From Firmicutes bacterium UBA4996 (lineage in GTDB: Bacteria > Bacillota > Limnochordia > Darwinibacteriales > Darwinibacteriaceae): a stretch of DNA of 47,677 bases. The translations under genes were made by a program, and so were the position numbers. Below are positions 1 to 9,036 of this stretch, in pieces. Below the pieces are notes generated by a model, which saw nothing but the letters and a program-made list of their open reading frames with translations, had not been told where the DNA came from and did no database searches. The stretch is taken from NCBI GenBank assembly GCA_002396805.1, contig DGYW01000046.1, positions 5,811-53,487 on the forward strand, written 5' to 3'. Numbering within the stretch: position 1 is the stretch's first letter; each line of letters starts with the position of its first letter.

Positions 1-956
1 ATGGCCACCATTTCCGAAGAGACATCCGTCATACGGGACATTATACTCGCACCAGAACGAATGTAAGCTAGGAACAAGGCGGCAATGGGCACACCTAGGG
101 GATGGTTACGAGCCAAAGTGGCAATGATGATCCCGTCAAAACCATACCCAGGTAACATTTGCCACTGAAAACGCCGATACAAGCCTAAGACATCCGCGGC
201 ACCAGCCAGACCAGCAATGGCCCCTGAAATCACCTGTGAATAGATAACAACTGCGGTGACACTAATTCCGGCGTAAGCAGCAAAATCTTTATTTAGACCA
301 GTCATGCGCAGAGCATAACCCCATCTAGTCCTGTAGATAAACAGGTAAGAAAAGATGATAGCCACGATAGCAACCCAGAGGCCCCAGTGTACCCTTGTGG
401 GTGGCCAGATCCATTGTAACCAAACGGTCTCGGGCAAGCGGTAAGAAACCATGGCACCGGCATTCGGATCCCTAAAGTGATGATTGATGAGGTACAAGCC
501 AAACCGGTAAAAAACGTAGTTGAGCATGAGTGAAGACACGAGCTCACTAGCGCCCCAGCGTGCCTTCATGAGGCCTGAAATAGCCCCAACTAAGGCACCG
601 CCTAACATGGCTCCTAATAGGGCCACTAAGACATGGACATACATGGGTAACGGAAAAGAAATACCAACAATAGTAGCGGTTACCGCTCCGAAAAAGAGTT
701 GCCCTTCCGCCCCAATATTGAATTGCCCTGCTTGAAAGGCAATGGAAACAGCCAAACCAGTCAACACAAGAGGAATAGTGGCTTCAATCCAGTTACCAAT
801 TCGCCGAGTTGTGGTCAATGGTCCCAGCACAAAATGCTGGAACGCTTCTAGTGGCTCCTCACTTACGAGAAGAATGATGATAAAGCCTAAAAGTAAAGCG
901 AGCATAATAGCTATAAGCGTTCGCCCAATCTCAAAGACAAGCTCACGACGGATCAT
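1..956 (-). CDS. Nucleoside/sugar ABC transporter permease (NupB-like), 3' end beyond window
   Basis: Absent from the ORF track because it is open at the edge. Translated by hand from ATG 956: MIRRELVFEIGRTLIAIMLALLLGFIIILL...LTGLAVSIAFQAGQFNIGAEGQ. FNIGxEGQ is the family signature. ATGA overlap with the ATPase stop. Confidence 0.9.
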   Translation of the reverse strand, partial: MIRRELVFEIGRTLIAIMLALLLGFIIILLVSEEPLEAFQHFVLGPLTTTRRIGNWIEATIPLVLTGLAVSIAFQAGQFNIGAEGQLFFGAVTATIVGISFPLPMYVHVLVALLGAMLGGALVGAISGLMKARWGASELVSSLMLNYVFYRFGLYLINHHFRDPNAGAMVSYRLPETVWLQWIWPPTRVHWGLWVAIVAIIFSYLFIYRTRWGYALRMTGLNKDFAAYAGISVTAVVIYSQVISGAIAGLAGAADVLGLYRRFQWQMLPGYGFDGIIIATLARNHPLGVPIAALFLAYIRSGASIMSRMTDVSSEMVA

Positions 957-2500
957 GCTAAGGCCTCCTTCAATTGGGTATCCCCTTGGGTTTGAATACC
1001 GAGCATATACAAGCCCAACTCTTCTTCGCTAACCTCATTAGCCTCTGGAAAAGCCGCGACAATCTGACCACCATAGATCACCAAAAGTCGGTCACTAACG
1101 CTCATGACTTCGTTCAAATCCGCAGAAATCAGCAATACTGCTGCCCCAGCTCTACAAATTTCTACCAATTTCTTATGAATAAACTCAATAGCACCTACAT
1201 CCACTCCCCGTGTAGGCTGATTAGCGATTACCAATCTAGGATTCGAAGAGAACTCTCGGGCAACTACTACCTTCTGAATATTACCACCAGAAAGCATTTT
1301 TATTGGGGTTTTAGGCGAACGCGTTCGGACGTTAAATTCAGTCACTAGAGTCTGGGCATTAGAGGCAATTGCCTCCGTCTTGAGAAAAACCTTACGGGTG
1401 TACTCGGGCATTTGTACACGGTCAGCAATTAGATTCTCTTCAATGGACGCCTCATTGGCAACCCCGTGGAGCATGCGATCCTCAGGAATGTGAGCCACCC
1501 CTAAATCACGCATTTGGCGTGGTGTTGAACCGCTCATTTGGTAGCCATCTACGCTGATGAGTCCCCCATGAGGCCTTCTCAGCCCAGTAAGAATCTCTAC
1601 CAGCTCTCGTTGCCCATTGCCCTCTACGCCGGCAATACCCACTATTTCCCCTGCTCGGACACTGAAAGACACATCCTGTAACAAGGCTTTACCTTCGGGT
1701 GTAAAGTAGCTCAGATTCTGGACCTCAAGAATACGTTTCTGGGGTTTGGCCGGCGGTTTGTCAATCTTCAAGATTACATCACGGCCCACCATTAATCGTG
1801 AAATGTCCGCTTCAGATACTTCAGCTGTGTCCCGCACACCCACAATTCGCCCACCCCGCATCACAGTGATCCGATCAGTGATCTGCTTTACTTCATTCAA
1901 CTTGTGAGAGATGAAGATCATGGTGTGCCCTTGCTCTTTTAAACCTACTAGAGCAGTAAATAGCTCCTCCGTCTCTTGAGGCGTCAAGACCGCTGTCGGT
2001 TCATCAAGAACCAGCAATTCCGCTCCCCGTAACAAAGCCTTCAAAATCTCCACCTTTTGGCGCATCCCAATGGGAATATCTTCGATCTTTGCCAGGGGAT
2101 CCACTGGCAAATTATAACGTTTAGATAAATCCGTCACGGTCTGCACCGCTTGATCCCAATCAAAAGCTAAACCCTTGCGCGGTTCAACTCCTAAAACCAG
2201 ATTCTCTGTCACGGTTAGGGATGGAGCTAACATAAAGTGTTGGTGTACCATTCCAATGCCATTGCGAATGGCTTGCAGTGGCGATGTAACTTGCAAGGGT
2301 TTTCCCTTGTAGTAGACTTCGCCCCCATCTGGAACCTCCAAACCAAACAAAACCTTCATGAGTGTTGTCTTTCCCGCCCCGTTCTCACCAACAAGTGCGT
2401 GGATTTCTCCCTTGTTAACCCTAAAATCGACCCGATCATTGGCCATCACTCCGTTAGGGTATACCTTGGTGATTGCCTTCATCTCCAATAAAGTCTCCAT
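953..2500 (-). CDS. Nucleoside/sugar ABC transporter ATP-binding protein (two fused ABC domains, NupA-like)
   Basis: Walker A GENGAGKT, LDEPT, FISHKL, and a second domain with LSGGNIQK and NQPTRGVDVG. Confidence 0.95.
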   Translation of the reverse strand: METLLEMKAITKVYPNGVMANDRVDFRVNKGEIHALVGENGAGKTTLMKVLFGLEVPDGGEVYYKGKPLQVTSPLQAIRNGIGMVHQHFMLAPSLTVTENLVLGVEPRKGLAFDWDQAVQTVTDLSKRYNLPVDPLAKIEDIPIGMRQKVEILKALLRGAELLVLDEPTAVLTPQETEELFTALVGLKEQGHTMIFISHKLNEVKQITDRITVMRGGRIVGVRDTAEVSEADISRLMVGRDVILKIDKPPAKPQKRILEVQNLSYFTPEGKALLQDVSFSVRAGEIVGIAGVEGNGQRELVEILTGLRRPHGGLISVDGYQMSGSTPRQMRDLGVAHIPEDRMLHGVANEASIEENLIADRVQMPEYTRKVFLKTEAIASNAQTLVTEFNVRTRSPKTPIKMLSGGNIQKVVVAREFSSNPRLVIANQPTRGVDVGAIEFIHKKLVEICRAGAAVLLISADLNEVMSVSDRLLVIYGGQIVAAFPEANEVSEEELGLYMLGIQTQGDTQLKEALA

Positions 2501-2526
2501 AGACTCTCACCCTCCTTTAGGAAAAC

Positions 2527-2552
2527 GAGGGTGTAGCCTAAGCCACACCCTC
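2527..2552 (-). terminator. Intra-operon stem-loop after the BMP binding-protein gene (partial terminator or mRNA stabiliser)
   Basis: Minus strand GAGGGTGTGGC-TTAG-GCTACACCCTC followed by GTTTT. Confidence 0.65.
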
Positions 2553-2562
2553 CAGCTTGATA

Positions 2563-3633
2563 CTATGGGCGTACAGAGTCCCGTAGAGCATTAAGTTCTT
2601 GAGCTGGCATGCCAAGAGCCGAGCTGACTTCAATTTCACCCTTTTGGATTTTCTCTGCAATCTTTTCCAATTCTGCTCTAAACTCGGGACTGATGAGTTT
2701 TTGATAGTAGGCGTTGTCTGCTAGACCAACAGCTTCTTCAGCCAAACCTAAAGCTTCAGCTTCACCATAGGGCAAAGTACCTTCGATGTGCATCTTCAGG
2801 GCACGAACTAAAGAATTATCAATGCGCTTGAGCATAGAGGTTACAATCAGATCCGCCTTTACAGGATCTGTGGTTTCAAAGAGCAAAGCTTGGTCAGAGT
2901 CTACACCAATCGCGTAACGATTTGCATCCTTGGCAGCATCAAGCTGACCTAATCCAGCTTGCCCAGCTACGTTAAAGCCAATATCTACACCACGATTATA
3001 CTGAGCTAGGGCCATTTCCTTACCTTTAGCGGAGTCATCAAAACTTCCAATGTACGAAATGTCCACTTTGACTTGTGGCTCAATGTACAGTGCACCTTCG
3101 ATATAACCAACCAAGAAGTCGTTAATTACTGGAATGTCCATACCGCCTAAGAAACCGATAGCTTTTCCTGAATTGGCAAGGGGCATCTGAGAATTAGTTA
3201 CCATTGCAGCAAGGGCACCGGCCAAGAAGGAGCCTTCGTTTTGCTTATACTCAATAGAATAGACATTATCTAAATTACCCTTGGAATAATCTACTGACGT
3301 ATCGAAAATAATGAACTTTTTATCTGGGTTCCAAGGAGCAATTTCCTCTAGGCTTTCAGTCATTTGCCACGTTCCGAGGATAATTACATCATAGTCTTGC
3401 TCAGCAATATCCGCGAGGGTTGGATCCCAAACACTTTGATCGTAACCCATTTCAACTAGCTTAAAGTTGATTCCTAATTCCTTTTCGGCAGCAACTACAC
3501 CATCATAGGCGGAGTCAAAGAAAGAACGGTCGCCCAAGGTCCCATTAATTAAGAGGGCCACTTTCAAAGGTGCAGCACTTGCCATAGCGCTAAATAAGAC
3601 CAACAACACTAGTACTAAACCTATCCTTTTCAT
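2563..3633 (-). CDS. BMP/PnrA-family nucleoside ABC substrate-binding protein
   Basis: GDRSFFD, YKQNEGSFLAG, IGFLGGMDIP, AIGVDSDQ and SMLKRID motifs. Start moved to ATG 3633 (GGAGG RBS; signal peptide MKRIG...ASA). Confidence 0.92.
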   Translation of the reverse strand: MKRIGLVLVLLVLFSAMASAAPLKVALLINGTLGDRSFFDSAYDGVVAAEKELGINFKLVEMGYDQSVWDPTLADIAEQDYDVIILGTWQMTESLEEIAPWNPDKKFIIFDTSVDYSKGNLDNVYSIEYKQNEGSFLAGALAAMVTNSQMPLANSGKAIGFLGGMDIPVINDFLVGYIEGALYIEPQVKVDISYIGSFDDSAKGKEMALAQYNRGVDIGFNVAGQAGLGQLDAAKDANRYAIGVDSDQALLFETTDPVKADLIVTSMLKRIDNSLVRALKMHIEGTLPYGEAEALGLAEEAVGLADNAYYQKLISPEFRAELEKIAEKIQKGEIEVSSALGMPAQELNALRDSVRP

Positions 3634-3665
3634 GAAAAAACCTCCCTGAATTTTTGATATTATCT

Positions 3666-4592
3666 TCAAGCAATTAACGCCTGCCGAAGTAGCGCGGCCA
3701 CCCGATCAGTGTTGACCTTCAAGACAATACTGATATTGGGTGCCTGACCACTGACCCCCGCATAATCAATTGCTGTCAGACCACGGCCAAAAGTGCCGGC
3801 AGTCTCCACTGCAGCAAAGACTTCCCTTTGTTCTGCGATCACCAGAGGATCAAGTATGATAGCAGCCGCCAATAAATCGCAGAGCAAAAAGCCAGGACTG
3901 CCTATGTAGCTTTCTGTTCTCCTTTGTAGCTCTGCGGTAATCTGCAGAAACTGCTGAGCCACAGGATTCTGCAAAACTTCTCTGCCCCCCTGCTCCAGTT
4001 GCTCAAGGGTAATGAGGTTATGTAAGCAAGTTTCCCAGGGCATTAAAGTAATCGGAATGCCCGAACCTAATACCACAGCCGCTGCCTCTGGATCGGCCGC
4101 AAAGTTGAACTCTCCCACAATGGTTGTATTGCCCTGGGCCCCACTAGTTCCACCCATGATCACCAAGCGCCTCACCCGCTGAGAAAGGCCGGGGTCTTTG
4201 ATTAAAGCTACAGCGAGATTAGTCAAGGGCCCCACTGCCAAAATACCTAGATTACCTGGGTGCTGGAGACTCTCCGCTATAATCATATCCACCGCATGAG
4301 TGGGTTCTTGGCGACTTTTGATTGCTGGCCACCGCACATCTCCCAAGCCGTCCTTACCGTGAACCTCCGTGGCGTTAAGCTGAGGCTCTAAAATAGCTCG
4401 GCTACAACCTGCATACACTGGCACTTCACTCTGTAAGAGATCCTTAAGACGTAGCGCATTTCGTAATGTATCCTGCAGGGGCGAATTACCATGCACAACG
4501 CCAATCCCTACCACATCCAATCCCAGCTGTAAGCAAGTAATAATTGCTGCTGCATCATCCACACCAGGATCGGCATCAATAATCCACCTCAA
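3666..4592 (-). CDS. Nucleoside hydrolase (IUNH family)
   Basis: N-terminal DADPGVDD Ca-binding motif, HGN, VHGKDGLG, GPLTNLA, MGG, EFNFAADPEAA. TTG start with GGAAGG RBS. Confidence 0.93.
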   Translation of the reverse strand: MRWIIDADPGVDDAAAIITCLQLGLDVVGIGVVHGNSPLQDTLRNALRLKDLLQSEVPVYAGCSRAILEPQLNATEVHGKDGLGDVRWPAIKSRQEPTHAVDMIIAESLQHPGNLGILAVGPLTNLAVALIKDPGLSQRVRRLVIMGGTSGAQGNTTIVGEFNFAADPEAAAVVLGSGIPITLMPWETCLHNLITLEQLEQGGREVLQNPVAQQFLQITAELQRRTESYIGSPGFLLCDLLAAAIILDPLVIAEQREVFAAVETAGTFGRGLTAIDYAGVSGQAPNISIVLKVNTDRVAALLRQALIA

Positions 4593-4636
4593 GTTCCCAC
4601 CTTCCTTCCAATGTCACTCATTATAGTTCGGTAACA

Positions 4637-4664
4637 ATTCAATAGCGATTGTTATATTTCCTGC
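4637..4664 (-). promoter_or_regulatory. Sigma-H-like promoter of the nucleoside operon
   Basis: Minus strand GCAGGA-N18-GAAT matches the B. subtilis SigH consensus AGGA-N17/18-GAAT. Confidence 0.55.
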
Positions 4665-4675
4665 CTTTGTCAGAA

Positions 4676-4707
4676 GAAAAATAAAAAAGTCCCGTACGCA
4701 ACGGGAC
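4676..4707 (-). terminator. Rho-independent terminator of the dpp/opp cassette
   Basis: Minus strand GTCCCGT-TGCGT-ACGGGAC followed by TTTTTTATTTTT. Confidence 0.85.
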
Positions 4708-4732
4708 GTCAAAAACGATTTTGGCTGTAGAC

Positions 4733-5602
4733 CTAACCTACATTTTTCAAACGCGGATCAAGGGCATCACGCAAACCATCACCGACCAAATTAAGTGACA
4801 TTACTGTGATAAAGATAGCCAAGCCAGGAATGGTTACGGCCCAATGGGAGACCCTGATAAAAGGTCTCGATGTGGCAATCATACTCCCCCACTCAGGAGT
4901 TGGTGGTTGGGCACCCATGCCTAGAAAGCTGAGCCCAGCTGCAGATAAAATAGCACCTGCCAAACTCAAGGTGGTCATGACTATAATCGGATTTACTGCG
5001 TTGGGCACAATGTGTCCCAAGATAATTCGCAGATCCCTAGCCCCTAGGGCTTCAGCAGCATCAACATAGTCCAATTCTCGAATAGCTAACACTGAGGAGC
5101 GCATCATCCGGGCGAAAGAAGGTATATAAGAGACACCAATGGCCAGGATCACGTTCTCCAACCCTGGACCCAAAGCAGCTACAATAGATAACGCTAACAA
5201 AAAGCCTGGCAAAGCCAAAAGAATATCAATAAAGCGCATGATAATATTGTCCAAAATGCCTCCATAATAACCCGCAATTAAGCCTAAGGCACTCCCAACA
5301 ACAAGAGCTAACGAAATTGATAAAAAGCCCACACGCAAAGACAGACGGGCTCCATAAACCACTCTGCTATAGATATCTCGCCCAAATTGGTCTGTACCCA
5401 AAATATGCTCCTTAGAAGGGGGCTGAAGCCGATTGCGCATGTTTTGCTTGGCTGGGTCGTATTTAGTCACATAAGGGGCGAATACGGCCAAGCCAATAAT
5501 AAGGAGCAACAAGATTGCTCCAACCACCGCGCGTCGGTTACGGAGCAACTGCCGGAAAATTCTCTGAAACGGGGTCTCTCGTTTCATGGTATCTAAAGTC
5601 AC
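4733..5602 (-). CDS. Peptide/nickel ABC permease (DppC/OppC family)
   Basis: HILGTDQFGRDIYSRVVYGARLSL, EAA-like loop YVDAAEALGA, LSFLGMG-PPTPEWG, NLVGDGLRDALDP. Confidence 0.95.
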   Translation of the reverse strand: MTLDTMKRETPFQRIFRQLLRNRRAVVGAILLLLIIGLAVFAPYVTKYDPAKQNMRNRLQPPSKEHILGTDQFGRDIYSRVVYGARLSLRVGFLSISLALVVGSALGLIAGYYGGILDNIIMRFIDILLALPGFLLALSIVAALGPGLENVILAIGVSYIPSFARMMRSSVLAIRELDYVDAAEALGARDLRIILGHIVPNAVNPIIVMTTLSLAGAILSAAGLSFLGMGAQPPTPEWGSMIATSRPFIRVSHWAVTIPGLAIFITVMSLNLVGDGLRDALDPRLKNVG

Positions 5603-5620
5603 GCTAACCGCCTCCCTTCA

Positions 5621-6550
5621 TTATTCATATAGTAACCTAAGACGGGGATCCAAAAACGCATAGGTGATATCCACTACTAAGTTGACCAAGGCATAAATCA
5701 AGGCGAAGGCCATGATTGTCCCTTGCACCAAGGGGAAGTCCTTATTGTTAATAGCTTCCACCACCATACGCCCGATCCCAGGCCAGGCAAAAATCGTCTC
5801 AGTCAAGACAGCTCCAGACATTAAGCCCCCGAACTGCAATCCGATCATAGTCACTACGGGAATCAACGCGTTACGGAGAGCGTGAATCAAGACCACCTTT
5901 GGACCTGACAAGCCCTTGGCCCGAGCGGTACGAATATAATCATGTTGGAGTACATCTAGCATAGAAGATCGAGTCATCCTAGCAATACTGGCCGTCGATG
6001 CGGTGCCAAGGGTGATGGCCGGGAGGACCAAATACTCCCACCCTCCCATCCGTCCTGAGGAGGGAAACCACGCTAGATTCACGGAAAAAATTAAAATAAG
6101 CATAATTCCTTGCCAAAAAACAGGCATTCCAACCCCAGTTAACGCCCCCACCATAGCAACATTATCAAACCAAGAGTTAGGCTTCGTCGCAGATAGAATA
6201 CCTACTGGGACTCCCACGAGGACAGAAAAAGCGACCGCGGCTAAGGCCAATTGTCCCGTGGCCGGCAGTCGATCCACAATTTCCCTAGTGACTAATTTCT
6301 TCGATCGTAGAGACCGACCAAAGTCAAGTCTAACAGCCTTCTTAAGCCAGTTTAGATATTGAACAGGGAGCGGATCGTTTAGGCCCATTTCCTCCCGCAA
6401 AGCCTCCAACTGAGCCCTCGGAGCATGCTCTCCCAACATTAAAAGAGCCGGATCACCCGGAGTAATGTGCATTAATAAAAAAACAAAAATAGAAATCCCG
6501 ATTAATACGGGAATAAGCATGGCTAAGCGTCTGAGGATATATCGCCACAC
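5621..6550 (-). CDS. Peptide/nickel ABC permease (DppB/OppB family)
   Basis: YILRRL, PGDPA, DFGRS, DYIRTARAKGL, HALRNALIP, ETIFAWPGIG, LDPR. Confidence 0.95.
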   Translation of the reverse strand: MWRYILRRLAMLIPVLIGISIFVFLLMHITPGDPALLMLGEHAPRAQLEALREEMGLNDPLPVQYLNWLKKAVRLDFGRSLRSKKLVTREIVDRLPATGQLALAAVAFSVLVGVPVGILSATKPNSWFDNVAMVGALTGVGMPVFWQGIMLILIFSVNLAWFPSSGRMGGWEYLVLPAITLGTASTASIARMTRSSMLDVLQHDYIRTARAKGLSGPKVVLIHALRNALIPVVTMIGLQFGGLMSGAVLTETIFAWPGIGRMVVEAINNKDFPLVQGTIMAFALIYALVNLVVDITYAFLDPRLRLLYE

Positions 6551-6584
6551 AAAAAAACCACCTTTCTGCCAATGCTTGAATGAG

Positions 6585-6608
6585 GGGCGAGGTCAAATGA
6601 CCCCGCCC
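6585..6608 (-). other. GC-rich stem-loop between the binding-protein gene and the first permease (no U-tract; probable mRNA stabiliser)
   Basis: Minus strand GGGCGGGGTC-ATTT-GACCTCGCCC. Confidence 0.6.
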
Positions 6609-6616
6609 TGAATTTG

Positions 6617-8122
6617 TTACTTTTTATATACTGTGGATAACCTATGATGTCCTGCTGGGTGAGGTACAAATCCTTCCACGTTTTCTTGCATGCCGTTAAC
6701 TTCACTGGTAGCAATCAGAAAGGCCCAAGGTGCTTCTTCAACAATTAATTCTTGAGCTTCTGCGTAAATGGCTAACCGTTTATCTGGGTCAGCTTCGCGA
6801 CGACCAAGATCTAGTAATTCATCCACTCGCTCATTGGCGTAGAAGGAACGGTTACCCGCATCACCAAATTGACTGCTGTGGAACAGGGCGTAGAGACCGT
6901 AGTCTGGGTCAGCCGTTACCGTAACCCAACCAAGAATAAACATATCGTGCTTTCCAGCTGCAGTATCAGCCAGATAAGTGGCCCAAGGAATAATCTGCAC
7001 TTCCACATCGACACCTACTTCGGCCAAATTCGCCTGGAACATTTCGGCAATTTGCATCCGGAGGGGGTTATCGTTGGTCCAGATAGTTGTCTTAAATCCA
7101 TTGGGATAGCCAGCCTGAGCTAACAATTCTTTTGCCTTTTCTGGGTTGTACTCATAACCAGCCAAGTCAGTTCTAGAACCCCATACTAATGGTGGTAGGG
7201 GGCCAGAAATTTGAGCAGCTTGACCAGTATAAATGAACTCAGCAACTGCCTCAACGTCTAAGGCGTAGTTAATGGCTTGCCGTACTAGTAAATTGTCAAA
7301 GGGCGCCTGTTGTACATTGAAACCTACATAGCTGGTAGACAAGGTCTGGTATTTGTCCAGTTTAATGCCTGGTGCACCAGTAAGACGGAGCTCATCGGTG
7401 GGATCGATATTATAAACGATATCCGCTCCACCAGTCTCCAATTCGATAGCACGCACGGTGTTCTCTGGAATACCACGAATAATTAGCCTTTCCACCTTGG
7501 CCGGTTCTGCCCAGTAGTTAGGATTGCGAACTAATTCCACGTGGGAACCAGATACCCATTCTTTGAACATAAAAGGACCAGTACCAATAGCTACTTGCGA
7601 ACCAAAGTTGTCACCGGCCTCTTCCACTGACCGTTGATTAACAATGGCGTTGGAAGGGTGAGCTAAGTGAGCCAAGATAGGTGCAAAGGGATACTCCAGC
7701 TTCATCCGGACTGTATAATCGTCCACTACTTCAACCGCTTCTACAACCTCAACTAAGAAAGCCGCTGGTGACGGCAGGGTCTTAATTCGCTCAAAGGAGT
7801 ATTTCACATCTGCTGCTGTAAAGGGATCACCATTATGGAACTTTACGTTTTCCTGCAGTTTGAACTCCCAAGTAACCTCGTCAATTTGCTCCCAACTCTT
7901 AGCTAAACCTGGAACGATTTCCAAGCTATAGCCGTGACTGACCAAGGTCTCAAAAATTTGAGCCCTAACCCGTGCTGACGGTTGGTCATTCTGTCCATGG
8001 GGATCCAACGTGACTGGATCTGCCCCCTGGGCCACGGTCAGAGTTTGAGCCATGGCGGTGGTTACTCCAGCTACGGCCAGAACAAATACTAACACAAAAA
8101 CTAACCACGATCTTCTGAACAT
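6617..8122 (-). CDS. Peptide ABC substrate-binding protein (SBP family 5, DppA/GsiB-like)
   Basis: TLDPH, PGLAKSW, KFHNGDPFTAADVKYS, IGTGPF, VRQAINYALD, YNPEKAKELLAQAG. Start moved to ATG 8122 (GGAGG RBS, signal peptide). Confidence 0.93.
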   Translation of the reverse strand: MFRRSWLVFVLVFVLAVAGVTTAMAQTLTVAQGADPVTLDPHGQNDQPSARVRAQIFETLVSHGYSLEIVPGLAKSWEQIDEVTWEFKLQENVKFHNGDPFTAADVKYSFERIKTLPSPAAFLVEVVEAVEVVDDYTVRMKLEYPFAPILAHLAHPSNAIVNQRSVEEAGDNFGSQVAIGTGPFMFKEWVSGSHVELVRNPNYWAEPAKVERLIIRGIPENTVRAIELETGGADIVYNIDPTDELRLTGAPGIKLDKYQTLSTSYVGFNVQQAPFDNLLVRQAINYALDVEAVAEFIYTGQAAQISGPLPPLVWGSRTDLAGYEYNPEKAKELLAQAGYPNGFKTTIWTNDNPLRMQIAEMFQANLAEVGVDVEVQIIPWATYLADTAAGKHDMFILGWVTVTADPDYGLYALFHSSQFGDAGNRSFYANERVDELLDLGRREADPDKRLAIYAEAQELIVEEAPWAFLIATSEVNGMQENVEGFVPHPAGHHRLSTVYKK

Positions 8123-8264
8123 CTTACATCCTCCCTTTGTCTCTCTAGACTTGCCCTTCGCTCCGCATCGGAGATAACCGTTACACACTTTACGAATTAC
8201 AACGGATAAAACCACTAGTTTTGCGAAAAACTGCCAATTGGCGAAGCGAAGTGGTGTTTGTTAT

Positions 8265-8293
8265 ATATTACAAGCCTCCCAGGGTAAAGTCAA
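8265..8293 (-). promoter_or_regulatory. Sigma-A-type promoter of the dpp cassette
   Basis: TTGACT-N17-TAATAT on the minus strand. Confidence 0.6.
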
Positions 8294-8310
8294 GCACTGT
8301 TTGTCACATT

Positions 8311-8330
8311 AAAAAAGACCCCGGAGGGTC
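8311..8330 (-). terminator. Rho-independent terminator of the mscS-like gene
   Basis: Minus strand GACCC-TCCG-GGGTC-TTTTTT. Confidence 0.75.
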
Positions 8331-8345
8331 CCTATCTGATAGGCT

Positions 8346-8894
8346 TTAAGCTGACTTTTCTTGATCGGCCTCAGCTTCATCCGCACATTGGATTACAAAA
8401 ATATTAGCATCAAACATACGATTGGGCACAATGTGAATGTTGCCATCCCCATCCTTGATCTTAGTCTTTTTAATATCCATCCCCACTATCGTACCTAAAA
8501 CTGCATTAAGACGAATAGTGCGTCCCTCTTTGAAGTCGGGCTCCGCTAGCAAGAACAAACCTGATAGTAGATCTTGAACTAAGCTGTTGGCATTGGTAGC
8601 CACACCCATAATTACCAAAGCAATACTTCCTGAAAACGCCAGACTAATTTGGCTAAAACCTAAGACCGAAAAAACAGTTGCAATCAGAAACACCCAACAT
8701 GCGAACTTGACAAACGTTGACACAAAGCTGATCAAGGTAGGCTCTATCTTGGCCACGCCTAACATACGCCGGATAATGTTATCCAATAAGCGAATTAAGA
8801 ACACACCTAAAGCAATAACTAAAATCACCGTGGGAATCTTCGGTACATATTGCATCACATGATCAGAAAACTCCCGGACGATCTCCCCTTGCAC
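8346..8894 (-). CDS. Short MscS-family mechanosensitive channel protein
   Basis: Three hydrophobic segments, then QDLLSGLFLLAEPDFKEG...GTIVGM...TKIKDGDGNIHIVPN (MscS beta domain). Confidence 0.82.
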   Translation of the reverse strand: MQGEIVREFSDHVMQYVPKIPTVILVIALGVFLIRLLDNIIRRMLGVAKIEPTLISFVSTFVKFACWVFLIATVFSVLGFSQISLAFSGSIALVIMGVATNANSLVQDLLSGLFLLAEPDFKEGRTIRLNAVLGTIVGMDIKKTKIKDGDGNIHIVPNRMFDANIFVIQCADEAEADQEKSA

Positions 8895-8924
8895 TGCGCT
8901 ACACCTCTTCCCTTTAAGAAGTTA

Positions 8925-8951
8925 GTTCTGCTTTTTTCACCTGGTTCCTGC
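8925..8951 (-). promoter_or_regulatory. Sigma-H-like promoter of the mscS-like gene
   Basis: Minus strand GCAGGA-N17-GAAC. Confidence 0.45.
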
Positions 8952-8968
8952 TGGCTAGCTCGGTTAGA

Positions 8969-8997
8969 TTGACAGAGGGCCCTTCGTGGCATAAAGT
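8969..8997 (+). promoter_or_regulatory. Sigma-A-type promoter of lplA
   Basis: TTGACA-N17-TAAAGT. Confidence 0.55.
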
Positions 8998-9036
8998 AAC
9001 AGTATAGGCAAAAATTACTATACAAGAGGTACAGCA

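Noticed and set aside
8123-8260. dpp leader as a T-box, SAM or c-di-GMP riboswitch
   Set aside because: It lacks the T-box GGTGGNACC with terminator and the SAM-I and c-di-GMP core motifs. It is kept only as an unknown structured leader.
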